In this document: positions 14,534 to 27,096 of the stretch, piece after piece
Layout: each line of letters opens with the position of its first letter
Position numbering within the stretch: the first letter of the stretch is position 1
NCBI RefSeq assembly: GCF_001194135.2
Contig: NC_068981.1
Coordinates: 15,101,243 to 15,165,242 of the forward strand
Reading direction: 5' to 3'
DNA: 64,000 nucleotides
From: Octopus bimaculoides
Lineage: Eukaryota
Notes under the pieces: model-generated
Database searches by the model: none
What the model was told of the DNA's origin: nothing
The model's input: only the letters and a program-made list of their open reading frames with translations
Position numbers and translations under genes: made by a program

Positions 14534-15035
14534 ATATAAAGTAAAATAAGGATTCAGATAGAATCACGTACTTGAAAATATATGCAGCAGGTAGCGTGGG
14601 ATAAACCTGCGGATCTGGCCTATGGTTGGTAAGTATCATACAGGATATTCATGTTTTGCATACAGAGATAACCACCCCTATGAATATTTAGTACCTAAAG
14701 GCTACTCAAAAGCATGCGTTACGTTGTTGGTATACTTTAGGGTGTCCAACAAGTCGTGAAACAACTTGGTGTATTGTAATGAAATAAAAAATAACAGACG
14801 ATGGTTAAATGTCAGCTCGTTACAGCTGTTTCTTACGCATTTTCTAATAGAAGAATAAGAACTACTCCATTAGAGAAAAAAAAACGTAAGCAACAGATCA
14901 AACAGTTTTTCAAACAAAAGTATATCCCAAGAGAAGAAGAAGGATGTATCTGAAGTCTGTCGAGGCAATTCTCATTCTTCTATCAAAAATGCGTAGGAAA
15001 CAATTGTCTATCATCTCTTATTATTCCTTGATTTT

Positions 15036-15083
<48 letters not shown>

Positions 15084-15872
15084 TTATTTATGGGTTTCAG
15101 CCAAGTGGCTGTGGTCATGCTGGAGCACCACCGTGATTTTTTCTCTCTTTATGCTTTGCTCTCTTCACGTTCCTTGCATGGCTCTTCTCCTACACCTGAT
15201 ATAGTNNNNNNNNNNNNNNNNNNNNNNNNNNNNNNNNNNNNNNNNNNNNNNNNNNNNNNNNNNNNNNNNNNNNNNNNNNNNNNNNNNNNNNNNNNNNNNN
15301 NNNNNNNNNNNNNNNNNNNNNNNNNNNNNNNNNNNNNNNNNNNNNNNNNNNNNNNNNNNNNNNNNNNNNNNNNNNNNNNNNNNNNNNNNNNNNNNNNNNN
15401 NNNNNNNNNNNNNNNNNNNNNNNNNNNNNNNNNNNNNNNNNNNNNNNNNNNNNNNNNNNNNNNNNNNNNNNNNNNNNNNNNNNNNNNNNNNNNNNNNNNN
15501 NNNNNNNNNNNNNNNNNNNNNNNNNNNNNNNNNNNNNNNNNNNNNNNNNNNNNNNNNNNNNNNNNNNNNNNNNNNNNNNNNNNNNNNNNNNNNNNNNNNN
15601 NNNNNNNNNNNNNNNNNNNNNNNNNNNNNNNNNNNNNNNNNNNNNNNNNNNNNNNNNNNNNNNNNNNNNNNNNNNNNNNNNNNNNNNNNNNNNNNNNNNN
15701 NNNNNNNNNNNNNNNNNNNNNNNNNNNNNNNNNNNNNNNNNNNNNNNNNNNNNNNNNNNNNNNNNNNNNNNNNNNNNNNNNNNNNNNNNNNNNNNNNNNN
15801 NNNNNNNNNNNNNNNNNNNNNNNNNNNNNNNNNNNNNNNNNNNNNNNNNNNNNNNNNNNNNNNNNNNNNNNN

Positions 15873-15935
<63 letters not shown>

Positions 15936-17148
15936 TGACAGACATATATATATACATATGTATATACATCTCTATGCGTGTGAGCGAGAGAGAGGGAGAG
16001 AAGGGGAGAGAGATTGTGTGTATTTCTGCATAAGTAAAGCTTCGGGCTAATTGGTAGGACAAGAAGCTAATGATCATAAAGCTCTGATTCCAGTTTCTTT
16101 ATCTTGGTACAAAATGCCACGTGGTACTCACTTCTTTCCTGCAAGAGTCAGCGGTACTTCATGCATCATTCATATATATGCAAAACAGTGGAAATCTTCA
16201 CTGTTTGTGAACTAAGAATGAAAACATACTTTCTATACTACTGATAAGCCTAGACGTGAAGGTAGTCTCCTGACACCCATTTTTAAGCTTCCTTGACTGC
16301 TCCTTATACATACGATGTGTTGCACATTAGAAATATTTGTGAATCAATATATGCACATATACAGTAACTTACTCCATGCTTGTTGTATAGTTAATAACAA
16401 CTTACCCTTTTGTTTCTGCACATTTGAAAATAGTTTTGTATTATTTCTTCAAGCAACGTGAGGTATTTCAATGGCTAAAACTATTTACTTCCTGGTATTT
16501 TAGAATTATTTCTTCAAGTAAATTACAGCATTTCAATGGTGAAACCTATTTTATTCCTGATGATTTAAGGTTGTTTGAGCTATCAAACCCACTCAGGTGT
16601 AGAGATGTAGATGTACATTTGCATTTAGATCATATTGATGCAAGAATGCATATAATATGCATAGCACCCTGCAATTGCCAGATGATACTAATGTGTAGAA
16701 ACAATTGTAGTGACTACGATTAAAACCAGTTCATTCGATCTACTTGTATTTTAAGCGTATCTATATATCAGATGTGTGCTTTTTATAGCGAAAAGGCCGG
16801 ATATATTTTAGAAGAGGGTAACAAATCCGGCAAACGGCTCAGCAGGAATATTTGAATTCTTCTAATCTATGTTGCTTTGTGCATAGCATGTGTGTGTGTG
16901 TGTGTGCTCGCACGCACGCGCATGCGTGCCCGTCCGTATTACGAGCAGTATCTCAGAAGAGCTTATAGTTTCGTTTCATAATTATGATTTCCCAGTTTCT
17001 ATTTAACAGCATGGTACCGTCATTTTTTTCTATCCTTTGATCCTTTGAGTTCAATTCTATATTTAAGAGATGAAGAATTATGCACATTATTTACATTACT
17101 TCCAGTATTTACATTTGGCGGATATTTGTCCTTACCCTATTTGTTGTT

Positions 17149-17194
17149 AACACAACGTTTCGGCTGATATACCCACCAGCCTTCATCAGGTATC
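17149..17194 (-). ncRNA. Type I hammerhead ribozyme, intact core
   Basis: GAUAC-CUGAUGA-AGGCUG(GUGGGUAUAU)CAGCC-GAAAC-GUU-GUGUU; palindromic ACGU stem III as in dimer-dependent PLE hammerheads. Confidence 0.8.
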
Positions 17195-17244
17195 TTGGGG
17201 AAATATACTTTAAGAATGAGAACCCAGGTTCAAAATTTCCCGAA

Positions 17245-17290
17245 GACACCTGGTGAAGGCTGGAGGGTATATCACCTGAAACGTTGTGTT
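17245..17290 (+). ncRNA. Type I hammerhead ribozyme, mutated copy
   Basis: GACAC-CUGGUGA (A6G)-AGGCUG..CACCU-GAAAC-GUU-GUGUU. Confidence 0.7.
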
Positions 17291-17879
17291 AACAACAAAC
17301 AAGATGAGGCAAATATCCGTCAAATGTAAATAATGTAAATATCCTTTGAGTTTCCTGGAAATACGAAAATTGTAAAGGAAACCGAAGTCTGAGGCAGCCG
17401 TGTTTGCAGATTACCTCGTCACTTGCACGCGAAGTCATTGCGCCACGTGATTTATTTAAATGAAAACGGAACCTTTTTGTTGAAGATTCTTTATGTAAAA
17501 AGTAATTTGGCATTGAAGTGATGGACCACTGAATACTTTTAATAAATTTCATATTTATATGAAGCATCATTTTGTAAGAACATCCAACGTCACGAATTCT
17601 CGTCATATTGCTAACAGTTTCCATAGTGATTGATTTTGTAGTTGTTGATATATACTTATATATAGCGTGATCCTGGTTAGATCAGCCAACATATCTATCC
17701 GTGTGTAAATTCCATGGAAATAAGGATTGATGAAGCGAGACAGAGACATATTGAAATGACACGCCTCTGATATTATCACAATATTATGGGAAGATTAAAC
17801 GCAAGTATACAACTCTCACACATTTATAAATATACTTACGTATAACTATAGAGACGTATACATACATAAATATGTATGC

Positions 17880-17918
<39 letters not shown>

Positions 17919-17935
17919 AACACACNNNNNNNNNN

Positions 17936-18006
<71 letters not shown>

Positions 18007-19318
18007 GTTTGCATGTATACATTTGTGTATATATGTGTGTATGAATATATATGTGTGTGAACGCAGATGTGTATAAATAGATAAGTAGATAGATAGGTAT
18101 CAATGACGTCAAACAGTTAGATATAACGATATTGATATATATAAATAGATGGGAAGATTTAATTTCATAATATACGCTATGGAACTTCTATAAATTTCAA
18201 AGCCATATTTCAAAGTGAAATATTGAAATGATTATACATGTTTCTGTCAATGATGATTTGAAACAAATCAATTTTAATCGCCGAGTTTTAGTATCAAATT
18301 CTTTAAATAATCACAAAAAAATATAACATATCGCTGAATGGTTATTTTTGTTTCACTCATGGACTAGTTTCCACTTACAGGAAGGATGGTAGGATATCAG
18401 GGGAACATTTTAAATGAGATATTATGCTTTGATAAATTTTATATGTTTTCTACTTTTGAAGTCACCGATGTGTGTCAATATGAAATATGTCGGTCATAGT
18501 GATGTATTACATACGGCTGATGAAACTGAAGTGATCATTGATGCACGCAATCTATATCTCACATTAATTTAATATTGTTTCAAATATCATAGATTCTTTA
18601 CAAGATATGAAGGATTTTAACTGTTTAACGCTTGGTAAATCTCTGTACATATGTGTTTATTTTCTCACTGTCGACTTGGTTAGTTCCATGAAAATCTCTG
18701 CTTGATATTCGATTTAAATTGCGTTACCATGACAACAACTACGTTACGTACTGCAAGAAGAGACAAGGACCACATTTAATTAATATATTGGTGTATCGTA
18801 TTGCTTAGGATATGCTTTTCTCCGGTAGCTTGTACACCTACTCAACTTCTATACACACTAAGGAAAATCCTGTTGAGTAGTAAGCGTCAGGGGAGTCACC
18901 TAGATATTGTTGACCGACATTTTTGTCATTTATATAGAGCTTCTGTTCAGTAAAATGAATGCGCAAGAATGGTAATCGGCATTTCAGTTTAATAGCTATC
19001 GTGGAACATTTTATCCTTGAAGAGAGATTTACATTATATTCACACGATATTCTATGATGTAAAATATACAGTCACATACCTATTCCTAGACAAAACGCCG
19101 TGAAAGTCGTTCAAACGGGTTCGAATACGCCTCAAGCAGATCTGAACTGGTTACAAGTTTGTATTTTATACACATCAATCACTGCTTAGCACTGTCACAC
19201 CGTATTTTATTTACGGCAAGCTGCTGATTACCGTTACCAGTCATTGAGAGATGACGGAATGTCATAAGGGAGATACGGCCTCTCGTGGCTTCTCGAAGTG
19301 CCGCCCTATTTGGTTTCG

Positions 19319-19361
19319 CTGGCTGAAGAAGAGATAACTACTCCGAAATGCAATATCTCCT
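19319..19361 (+). ncRNA. Degenerate hammerhead motif between direct repeats
   Basis: CUGAAGA-AGAG(AUAACUA)CUCC-GAAA-U(GCAAU)AUC; stem I only 2 bp and G10.1 changed. Confidence 0.5.
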
Positions 19362-19743
19362 AAAGTTTGGACAATGTGGCGGTGCGAGTTGATTCATCAT
19401 ATTTACACCCATTTGTCAGCGGTGTAAAATGTTCACCATTGCAAAACACAGTGGACGGATTTCTTACGAGTTCGAATATGCCTCAAGCAGATTTGAACTG
19501 ATAACGACTTTGCACATACTGTCTTAGGAATCTGACGTATTCTAAGCAAAGTATCAAGCTTTAATTCTTTATTTCAACGGAAGGAAACCATTTTGATTGA
19601 GTCAACTCACTTTCTAACCGGATTCAATGCCCGGTATATAGTTCATTCATTTCGTTTCGTAAAGATACTTCTGATGAATATCTTAGTTTCAGGGACATGA
19701 TAGGCTGGCTCCAGATCCTGCCTTTTAATATACAACATGAAAT

Positions 19744-19812
19744 TGAATTCAAATTCCAGCGAGGTCGAATTGGCTTTCATAATTTCTTGGTCGATGAAGT
19801 AAATATCAGTTG
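19744..19812 (+). mobile_element. SINE family C fragment
   Basis: ttcaaattccagcgaggtcgaattggctttcat matches the reverse complement of the 27832-27980 copy. Confidence 0.6.
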
Positions 19813-21279
19813 CCCCGGTATTTGCAGGCCTTCTACCAAAACTTGAACAAATATTCCGCATGAAATTTAGGATATTTAATGAGATGAGATATTTCAGCAT
19901 AAATAGGATATATAACTAAAATATATATAGGGAAAGAAATACTACGGGCGGCCTTGCATTCACTAATGAAAAGACATTATTCCTATTAGCTCACGATAAT
20001 GAAAATTATTACCATGAAATTACAATTTTATTCACAGACGAAGTGTTCTTGACGCTACTAGAGTTTTAGAAAATGCTATCAATTAATCGGTATTTCTACA
20101 GATAAGATAGTTATTGTACATTATAACCGTTTATCCTTGTATTTCGATGAACATACCATCGTTTTATTTGTTTGCTTTGGTTCTCCAAATGTGAAGTGTA
20201 CTAATATTCTTTATATTCTTTATAGGTTAAATGAATCGTGATTAAAAGAAACCGACGTAGGTGTATAAATAGTATCATGTAGACACACTAAGCAGATTAA
20301 TACCTACAATAACTTGCTTTGAGTCAACTGCGCAGTTTGTCTGAACTTGAGGTCAATTTGATTATACAGTGAACATCGCATGGTAACAAGTCAAAAGATT
20401 GAAAATTTAATATTGCATGATAAAAATAAAAAATTCAATCTAATCAACTAGCAAACATCATGAAAACAGACAGCGCAATGATTGGCATCGTTAAAAATAT
20501 TCATTAATGAAAACATAAATAATCCAAAATTCCAATCGATTTTCCCCGACAGCCAACGTCATTTACAATCAAAATGTTTTCGTTATAAATTTCCAACACT
20601 GGTACTTATACTTTGTACGCTACATCAGTATGGTACAACACTAAATAAGTGATATAATCAATTTATTATTTGATAACTTCCAAATATTATTTAAGCGTCG
20701 ACAGGAATTCAAAACCATAGAAAGGAAAGTCAAGGCATTCCTATACATTTTTCTAATCCTTGTCGGAACATTCCATTCACACGCAACATCCTAAGCAAAT
20801 GCATTCATATCCACACATGTACCTACAGACACACAAACATTGAAATGCACATGCATATATGGATACGTACACAGGTACACCGACATATATATCAATTGCA
20901 TTCATTACTGGAATAATAACACACCAGTGATCTTAGGCATTTTTTTCAGTGATTTAGGCCATAAAAGAAATTAAATTTTTAACAACCTAGAATCACAATG
21001 GATATATACCGATATATACATATACGGAAATACGTACCATGGTATTTTGAGCAATACATCTAAGATCGATTTCGTTAAGGTAGATGTAAATGTAGAGAAA
21101 GTAAACCGTGTGTAAATTGACTGTGCTAGAAGGGAAGGTACGAACGGTGCTATTAGACGATAGACTGTGCTATTAGTTTACGTATTACAAAAATGTTGAT
21201 TACAAATGGACTTATCATTTCATACAAATTAAAGATTATCTGCACCAAGAAATAAGGGGGGGGAGTGGAAATAGGTAAT

Positions 21280-22415
21280 GAGGCGCCGCTTGCTAGATCA
21301 ACTGGTTATCAGGATTCGCTCGATGTTCTTCTAGCCGTTGCTCATCGTCTGTTTTTAGCCACATCCAGTAACTTCCCCTTTCCACTGTAGTTTGGATATT
21401 ACTCATGGTGATATTTACCTTACGTTGAATTAGGACTAACTATACAAATGTCGCCTCACATTGTGTCCAACGAATCTGCGACATCCGACTTCGATTGGAA
21501 AACGCTCCGCTTTCCAGGCTGCGTCTTCTCATTCCATGAGGTGGTTTTCATAAGTTTCAATCTTTCGTACCCGAGTGGCATCCATGTTATCTTCATGAGG
21601 AACTAGATTTACCATTTTCTTTCTTTCACACCATATTATGATATCCGATACCCGGTTTCTCCGTAACTGGAAGGAGAAAGAATCCTTGGCACCTGGTGAA
21701 TATGCCTCCACCGCCAAATACTCGTTCCATTTTTCACAAGCAATGTCATCTTCTTCAAACAGATCCGCTGCACCGAGAGCCGCGAAGGTAATGAGATCTC
21801 TGGTTGGTTCTTTTAATGGTTTTCTTGCCACTGTTGATGAGAGTATTGAATATGTAGCATTGAAGATAACCTTAACGACCAGATTTTGCCTCCATGTATA
21901 TCTATCCAATGCCAGTGGACAGTTGGAAAGAATATATCTCAGTGTTCTGACATTTCCACATCTGCCTATATCATTTCTGATACGTTCCATCTTACTACGT
22001 TAGTAGTCGATGGCAAGACATTGTAGGACAAACAAATTGGAAAACTTAGAGATGATGTAGTCCACTTCCACATTTCATTCCAACTTATTTTTCCCTCAAC
22101 AACGTGTTCCTCCCATTTCGTCATCTGTCCTTGTTGAGATCATTCAATCAAATGAAGCTCTCTCCTCTGTCTGGTTGCCTTGGTTTGATACTGCTTTCCT
22201 TGCACACCATGCCTGCAAACGGTCTGAACCTATCTAAGCCATATCATCCAAGTACTTTCCGACAAATTTGCGTTGCAACCACCATAACTCAGTGAACACA
22301 AGATGTCAACAGCCTCTCTTTTTGATTTCCGCTGCTTTCCACATCTGCTGGATTACACCTGATTTCTATATATTTCGATTCTTTCAGCATCATCACCGTT
22401 CGTACCATCCCTACT
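21280..22415 (-). mobile_element. Decayed RLE-type non-LTR retrotransposon, HERO-like, 3' part
   Basis: Minus translations GQMTKWEEHVVEGKISWNEMWKW..YNVLPS, YILSNCPLALDRYTWRQN, RVSDIIIWCERKKMV, FPIEVGCRRFVG, ERGSYWMWLK: zinc knuckle plus PD-(D/E)xK endonuclease tail. Confidence 0.8.
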
Positions 22416-22679
22416 CTATAAATTTTGATTATTGACCCTTGTGGTAATTGCAACGAGCGTGGTTTTACGATACAATGCTGAGATGTTCCATATCCGAAGT
22501 AGGCCTAGTCATTTTGTAATGAACACATTGCACTTTTGCGCAGTGATTTGATCTTGTGACAATGAAACCTCGTATACTGAAAGTGGCCACATACATATAT
22601 ATGTATGTGTGTGTACGTATAGGTTTTAAATAGTTATTTATGTATGTATGTATGTATGTATGTGTATAGGACTTTAAAT

Positions 22680-24240
22680 AGGACTTTATCAGGTATTCAT
22701 TGATTTTACTAAGACTTTTGACTTTGTCAGTCGAACTGCTTTGTGGGAGATCTTGAGGAGACTTGGATGCATAGTAAAGATTCTCACTTTTCTGAAGCAG
22801 TTTCATGATGGCATGGAGGTAAGGTTAAACATTGGCGGAAAGCTCTCGGAGCCTATCTCTATCATGAATGGAGTAAAATAACGTAACACATTAGCACCCA
22901 CTCTCTTCAGCCTCTATTTTATTATAGTTTTTTTTTCCATTGGCTTTCAAAGCCTCCTATATATATCAGCTATCACATAGCAGGTAAAATCTTTAACATC
23001 AGAAGACTGTCAGCTTAGTTAAGGGCGTCCTCAACTCTTATTAGAGACCTCCTCTATGCAGATGATTATGATATTGTCATTCATACTGAAGAGGACATGG
23101 AAAATCTTATGAATGCAATTTCAACGGTTTGTGAGGCACTTGGCTGAACCATAAACTTGGCTTAACCAAAACCGTTGTCATATTTCAGCCAGCACTAGGA
23201 TTGCCATACATAGAATCTGGTATCTTCGTGTATGGAAGAAAACTTTCTGTGGTTTCTAAGTTGGTTTACTTAGGAATCACACTAAACAAATCACTGAATC
23301 TTGATTATGAAGCGTCACTTAGCATTCAGAAAGCCAGTTTTGCTTTAGGCAAACTGGTCTAAACATGTTATTTCTACTGTGACAAAGATTAACGTATACA
23401 ATACATGTATCTTAACCTCATTATTGTATGCTTGCGAAACCTGGGCTGTGTATCGTAAGCACTTAAAATTTATGGAACGTTTTCATCGACAATGTCTCAG
23501 AATAATATCGAGGATCAGGTGGAAAATGTTTGTGAGTGACGATCAGGGGCTGAATTAGGGAAATGTTTCAGTATTGAAACTTTGCTATTGCATTAGAGAT
23601 TGAGATGGCGTGGACACTTAGTCAGAATGACAGACAACAGAATGCCTAAACAACTTTTTACGGAGAATGGGTGACAGGTAAGCGTCCGTCCCATAAACGA
23701 AAGATGACGTACAAAACTATCTGAAGTCGGGATTGAATAAGATAAATGTTCCAATTGACAACTAGAAAGATTTAACGCATTACCGAAAAGAAATGGAAAA
23801 AAGTTGTGCATAAAGGCAAAAATGAATTTGAAAGAAATAGAATTGAGCATGTAAAGATCAAAAGAAAGGTGATAAAAACTAACAGGAATGATGTTCTAAC
23901 AAGCATTAACGAAAGTGATGATCTTACATGTGATGAATATTGTGGAAAGATTTGCCTTAGTAAGCCTAGGCTAAAGAGCCATATGAAATCACACATTGCA
24001 CATCTGCACATTGATTATAGATGGACAGATGAATTCGAATGCATATTCTGTCATAAAGTATGCAGATCAAACGTGGATTGAGAAAGCATAGTAAAGTTCA
24101 TGGAGCTGTAATCACCAGGTTTTCTTGCACTAATTATCAAAAAAGCATGCAAGTTTATGGAAAGCCTCAAAAGCCACATTCGTGGAGCTCATCGATGATA
24201 TTCAAGGGAATAAAGAAATCAGGGAATGGCTCTACTCGAA
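22680..24240 (+). mobile_element. Decayed RTE-clade LINE (RT to C-terminus, ending in C2H2 zinc fingers, then (TATG)n)
   Basis: FIDFTKTFDFVSR, NGVK..LAPTLFS, LLYADD, LLYACETW, LRWRGHLVRMTDNRMPKQLF; many stops and frameshifts. Confidence 0.92.
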
Positions 24241-24394
24241 ATCGAGTTGGCAACTATCATCATGTATGTATGTATGTAGGTATGTATGATGCATGCATGC
24301 ATTTAAGTATGTATTTATGTATCTATGTATGTATATATGTACAGAACATGCTCGAGCTAAATTTAACATCTTGCATAAAAGGAAAAGAAAAAGG

Positions 24395-24745
24395 GGTTGG
24401 TGCAGTCACTGAAATTCTCCAGCATCCACTTCTGACTCTTTCCACACATATGACAAGAAGCTGATTCCTGCTGTCACACATATGGCCATCCAACAACAAT
24501 CCTCTCCTGCCACGATTTGACCACAGTCTCCAACAACTTAACATGGCCATCAAAATTGAGCCCAAGTCCCTGTTCAAAGAGGTCTACATGATTGTTTTAG
24601 TACTTGCACTTTCCTGCTGGCCACGACTTCGTAGTCTCCATTGCAGCTGTCCATGCCACGTCTTATAGCCTTCACAAATCATTGAACACTAGTCATGATG
24701 TTGACATTTTGATACCCACTGTAAATAATAACGATACAAGTAACA
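24395..24745 (-). mobile_element. Tc1/mariner transposase fragment (maT/DD37D-like), internally deleted
   Basis: Minus FEQGLGLNFDGHVKLLETVVKSW...PYV*QQESASCH...QKWMLENF, a decayed WQQDSAPCH motif region. Confidence 0.7.
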
Positions 24746-24789
24746 ATTTTCCGAGATTCATCCCGGCTCCAGTACATGCTTTCAGCAAA

Positions 24790-25370
24790 CGTTTTCTCAA
24801 CAGCAACTTTAATATTTATGCTCTTGAACACCGTTGACTGTCAACCAATGTAGCATGTGATCGTCGCATTGACAATTCCAGAGAAATTCTGCCAAAAGCT
24901 TGACGAAGCCTACGCAAATCTTTCAAAGATTTTCCCCGTACTCGATATAGTCAAGGAGATCTTTTGCAGCTGAAACCCGAGTGTCCTCTTGGTCAGCTGA
25001 AAGCAATTTTGGCACAAGCGTAGCAGACACACATCTTATACACAAATCTTCAATGATAATGTATTGAACTGAACCTTACCTAATCTGCACATCCTCTGAT
25101 AACTAATTTTTTCGGTCATCTTGGAAACGCCTGAACCACTCGTAGACTTGTGTGCGTCTCATACGCTCCTCTCCATACAGTTACTGCTTAGGCCTCTGAA
25201 CAGGTATCGCCATGACAACCTTCTCTGTCATAGTCAATGCGACTATCACATGTTACACATCTTTGTTCAAAGCAGGGCTGCAATGAAAATCCCGTGCGCA
25301 TGCGCAGCAGAAGTCAAGGTCAATATCTGCCGAGCCGTTTTACTCTGCGTACTTTAGCTTCATTAGTATC
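24790..25370 (-). mobile_element. mariner transposase fragment (HTH and WVP-linker region)
   Basis: Minus YGEERMRRTQVYEWFRRFQDDRK, GSVQYIIIEDL, LVPKLLSADQEDTRVSAAKDLL, LRRLRQAF. Confidence 0.75.
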
Positions 25371-25427
25371 GCAAAGGTGCCTATACTTATTCATTCAGAA
25401 ACGTATATATATATATATGTATGTGCG

Positions 25428-25478
<51 letters not shown>

Positions 25479-25827
25479 GCGCTCAGACGCAAACATACAT
25501 ACATGTATATGGAAAGAAGTGTATTCCTACACAGGAAGAAATATAAGACAACTTGTTTTGGGGTGTGAAGATACAACTGGAGATGAAAAAATTCGTAGTT
25601 GTTTTTAAATAGATTTATTCACATACATGCCAAATGAATTTCAACAATCTATTTCAAGAATGGTACAAATAAGTATATATCAAAGAGATTTTAACAGAGT
25701 TTAAAATTATCAACAGGTTAAAATATCAGATGAATAAATGATCACATAAAATTCAATAAGTTTCACAGGGATAGATACTATCAAAGTAAATGTCAGTTAT
25801 ATCTATCACTAAATCTATCTATCTATA

Positions 25828-26063
25828 TAGGGTTGCCCAAAAGTTGCAATTATTCAACTATCTCTTTCGCATTCATATATTAACAGCTTAGATCTGAATT
25901 GTAAAAAAAAAAAAAATGAAACCATTATTCTATGTTAATTTAGTTAATTTTTTTCAAGCCCCCTTTTCAGTTTGTAAGAAAGACATTTAAATTTAATAAC
26001 GTGTTTTAAAATAAACTTAAGGTGCCTACTTGATAATTGTAAACCTACTTTTGAGCCACCCTG
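25828..26063. mobile_element. Tc1/mariner-type MITE
   Basis: Left TAGGGTTGCCCAAAAGTTG versus reverse complement of right end CAGGGTGGCTCAAAAGTAG, TA on both sides. Confidence 0.7.
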
Positions 26064-26101
26064 TAGATCTGTCGATATATATATATATGTAATATAACGT
26101 C

Positions 26102-26219
26102 ACAATTATTCGGTTGCCATACTAAGGCAATCATGCCTCGATAACTGACGAGATGCTGGAGCAGTTTTCCGCCCCGTCATCCGAAACTCGCAGTCTCATT
26201 ATGGCAACCGAATAATTGT
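26102..26219 (+). ncRNA. Type I hammerhead ribozyme inside a 20-bp perfect inverted repeat (PLE terminal repeat)
   Basis: CUGACGA 26145-26151, GAAAC 26183-26187, GUC 26193-26195. IR acaattattcggttgccata 26102-26121 and 26200-26219. Confidence 0.75.
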
Positions 26220-26411
26220 CGCATAGTATATTACAGATACATTCCTCTATTTACATAATATCAAGGTCTCATTCATGCTTTTGTTGTCTTACCATTACTA
26301 TTGATAAATTACCTACCGTATACTGCTATTTTTTCCGTAAAAGCTAATATAGCTTATTTTGAGAGAACGCCATAAATCGGTTGAGGACTCTGCCCCGCAG
26401 AAGAATTCTAT

Positions 26412-26720
26412 ATGGACGCCTACAAAATAGATTATTCTATGAAAAACGTACCTATACCATCCAGGGAACTATACTCTAAAAAGCTTTTGGAGAAAATTAC
26501 AGAACTTATTAAGCGTATGAGATGGAAAGCTTTCTTTTACAAATGGAAGAGGACACTACAGAGAACATATTCTATGGAATTAAATCAAAGAAATTCCCTC
26601 CAAAAATCAAAGGCTTGGAAGACTTCGAAACGGACCTACTGAAGCTCATGAACAAAATAAAATTTCGTAAGTCTTTTAACACTTTCCAACACAAACTCAG
26701 AAAAAGATATCAAATACGTA
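26412..26720 (+). mobile_element. 5' end of a Penelope-like element ORF (Naiad-like), frameshifted and truncated
   Basis: YSMKNVPIPS..LLEKITELIKRMRWKAFFY then YGIKSKKFPPKIKGLEDFETDLLKLMNKIKFRK; N-terminal motif recalled for this PLE group. Confidence 0.75.
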
Positions 26721-26999
26721 AAGAGTTAAAAAAAAAAAACCACACTTTTTTTCTGATAGAGCCAAAAATGTATATCTCTATATCAAATACCTTACATTCC
26801 GTGTCGTTGGTCATTTCCTTAAAAAATCGCTTTATATTAATTGCACAAATTTAATTTACATTGATATCTGTCCTACTGATTTTTATTAGTAAACTTGGTA
26901 AATGTAATGTTATTGATAGATTACTTTTGAGACTCAAAGTATAAGGTGAAATGCATCATAAAAAGTTTTGCCCTTTAAATGTCAGAGATTACCTACACA

Positions 27000-27096
<97 letters not shown>

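Larger units (their letters stand above)
17052..17340. mobile_element. Foldback element with two inverted hammerhead-bearing arms, flanked by a 12-bp TSD
   Basis: Arms are imperfect reverse complements. atcctttgagtt occurs at 17040-17051 and 17341-17352. Confidence 0.8.

Noticed and set aside
14590-14640. Exon-like segment ending in TTG|gtaagt
   Set aside because: Weak acceptor, and the segment resembles a recalled dispersed repeat next to a microsatellite.
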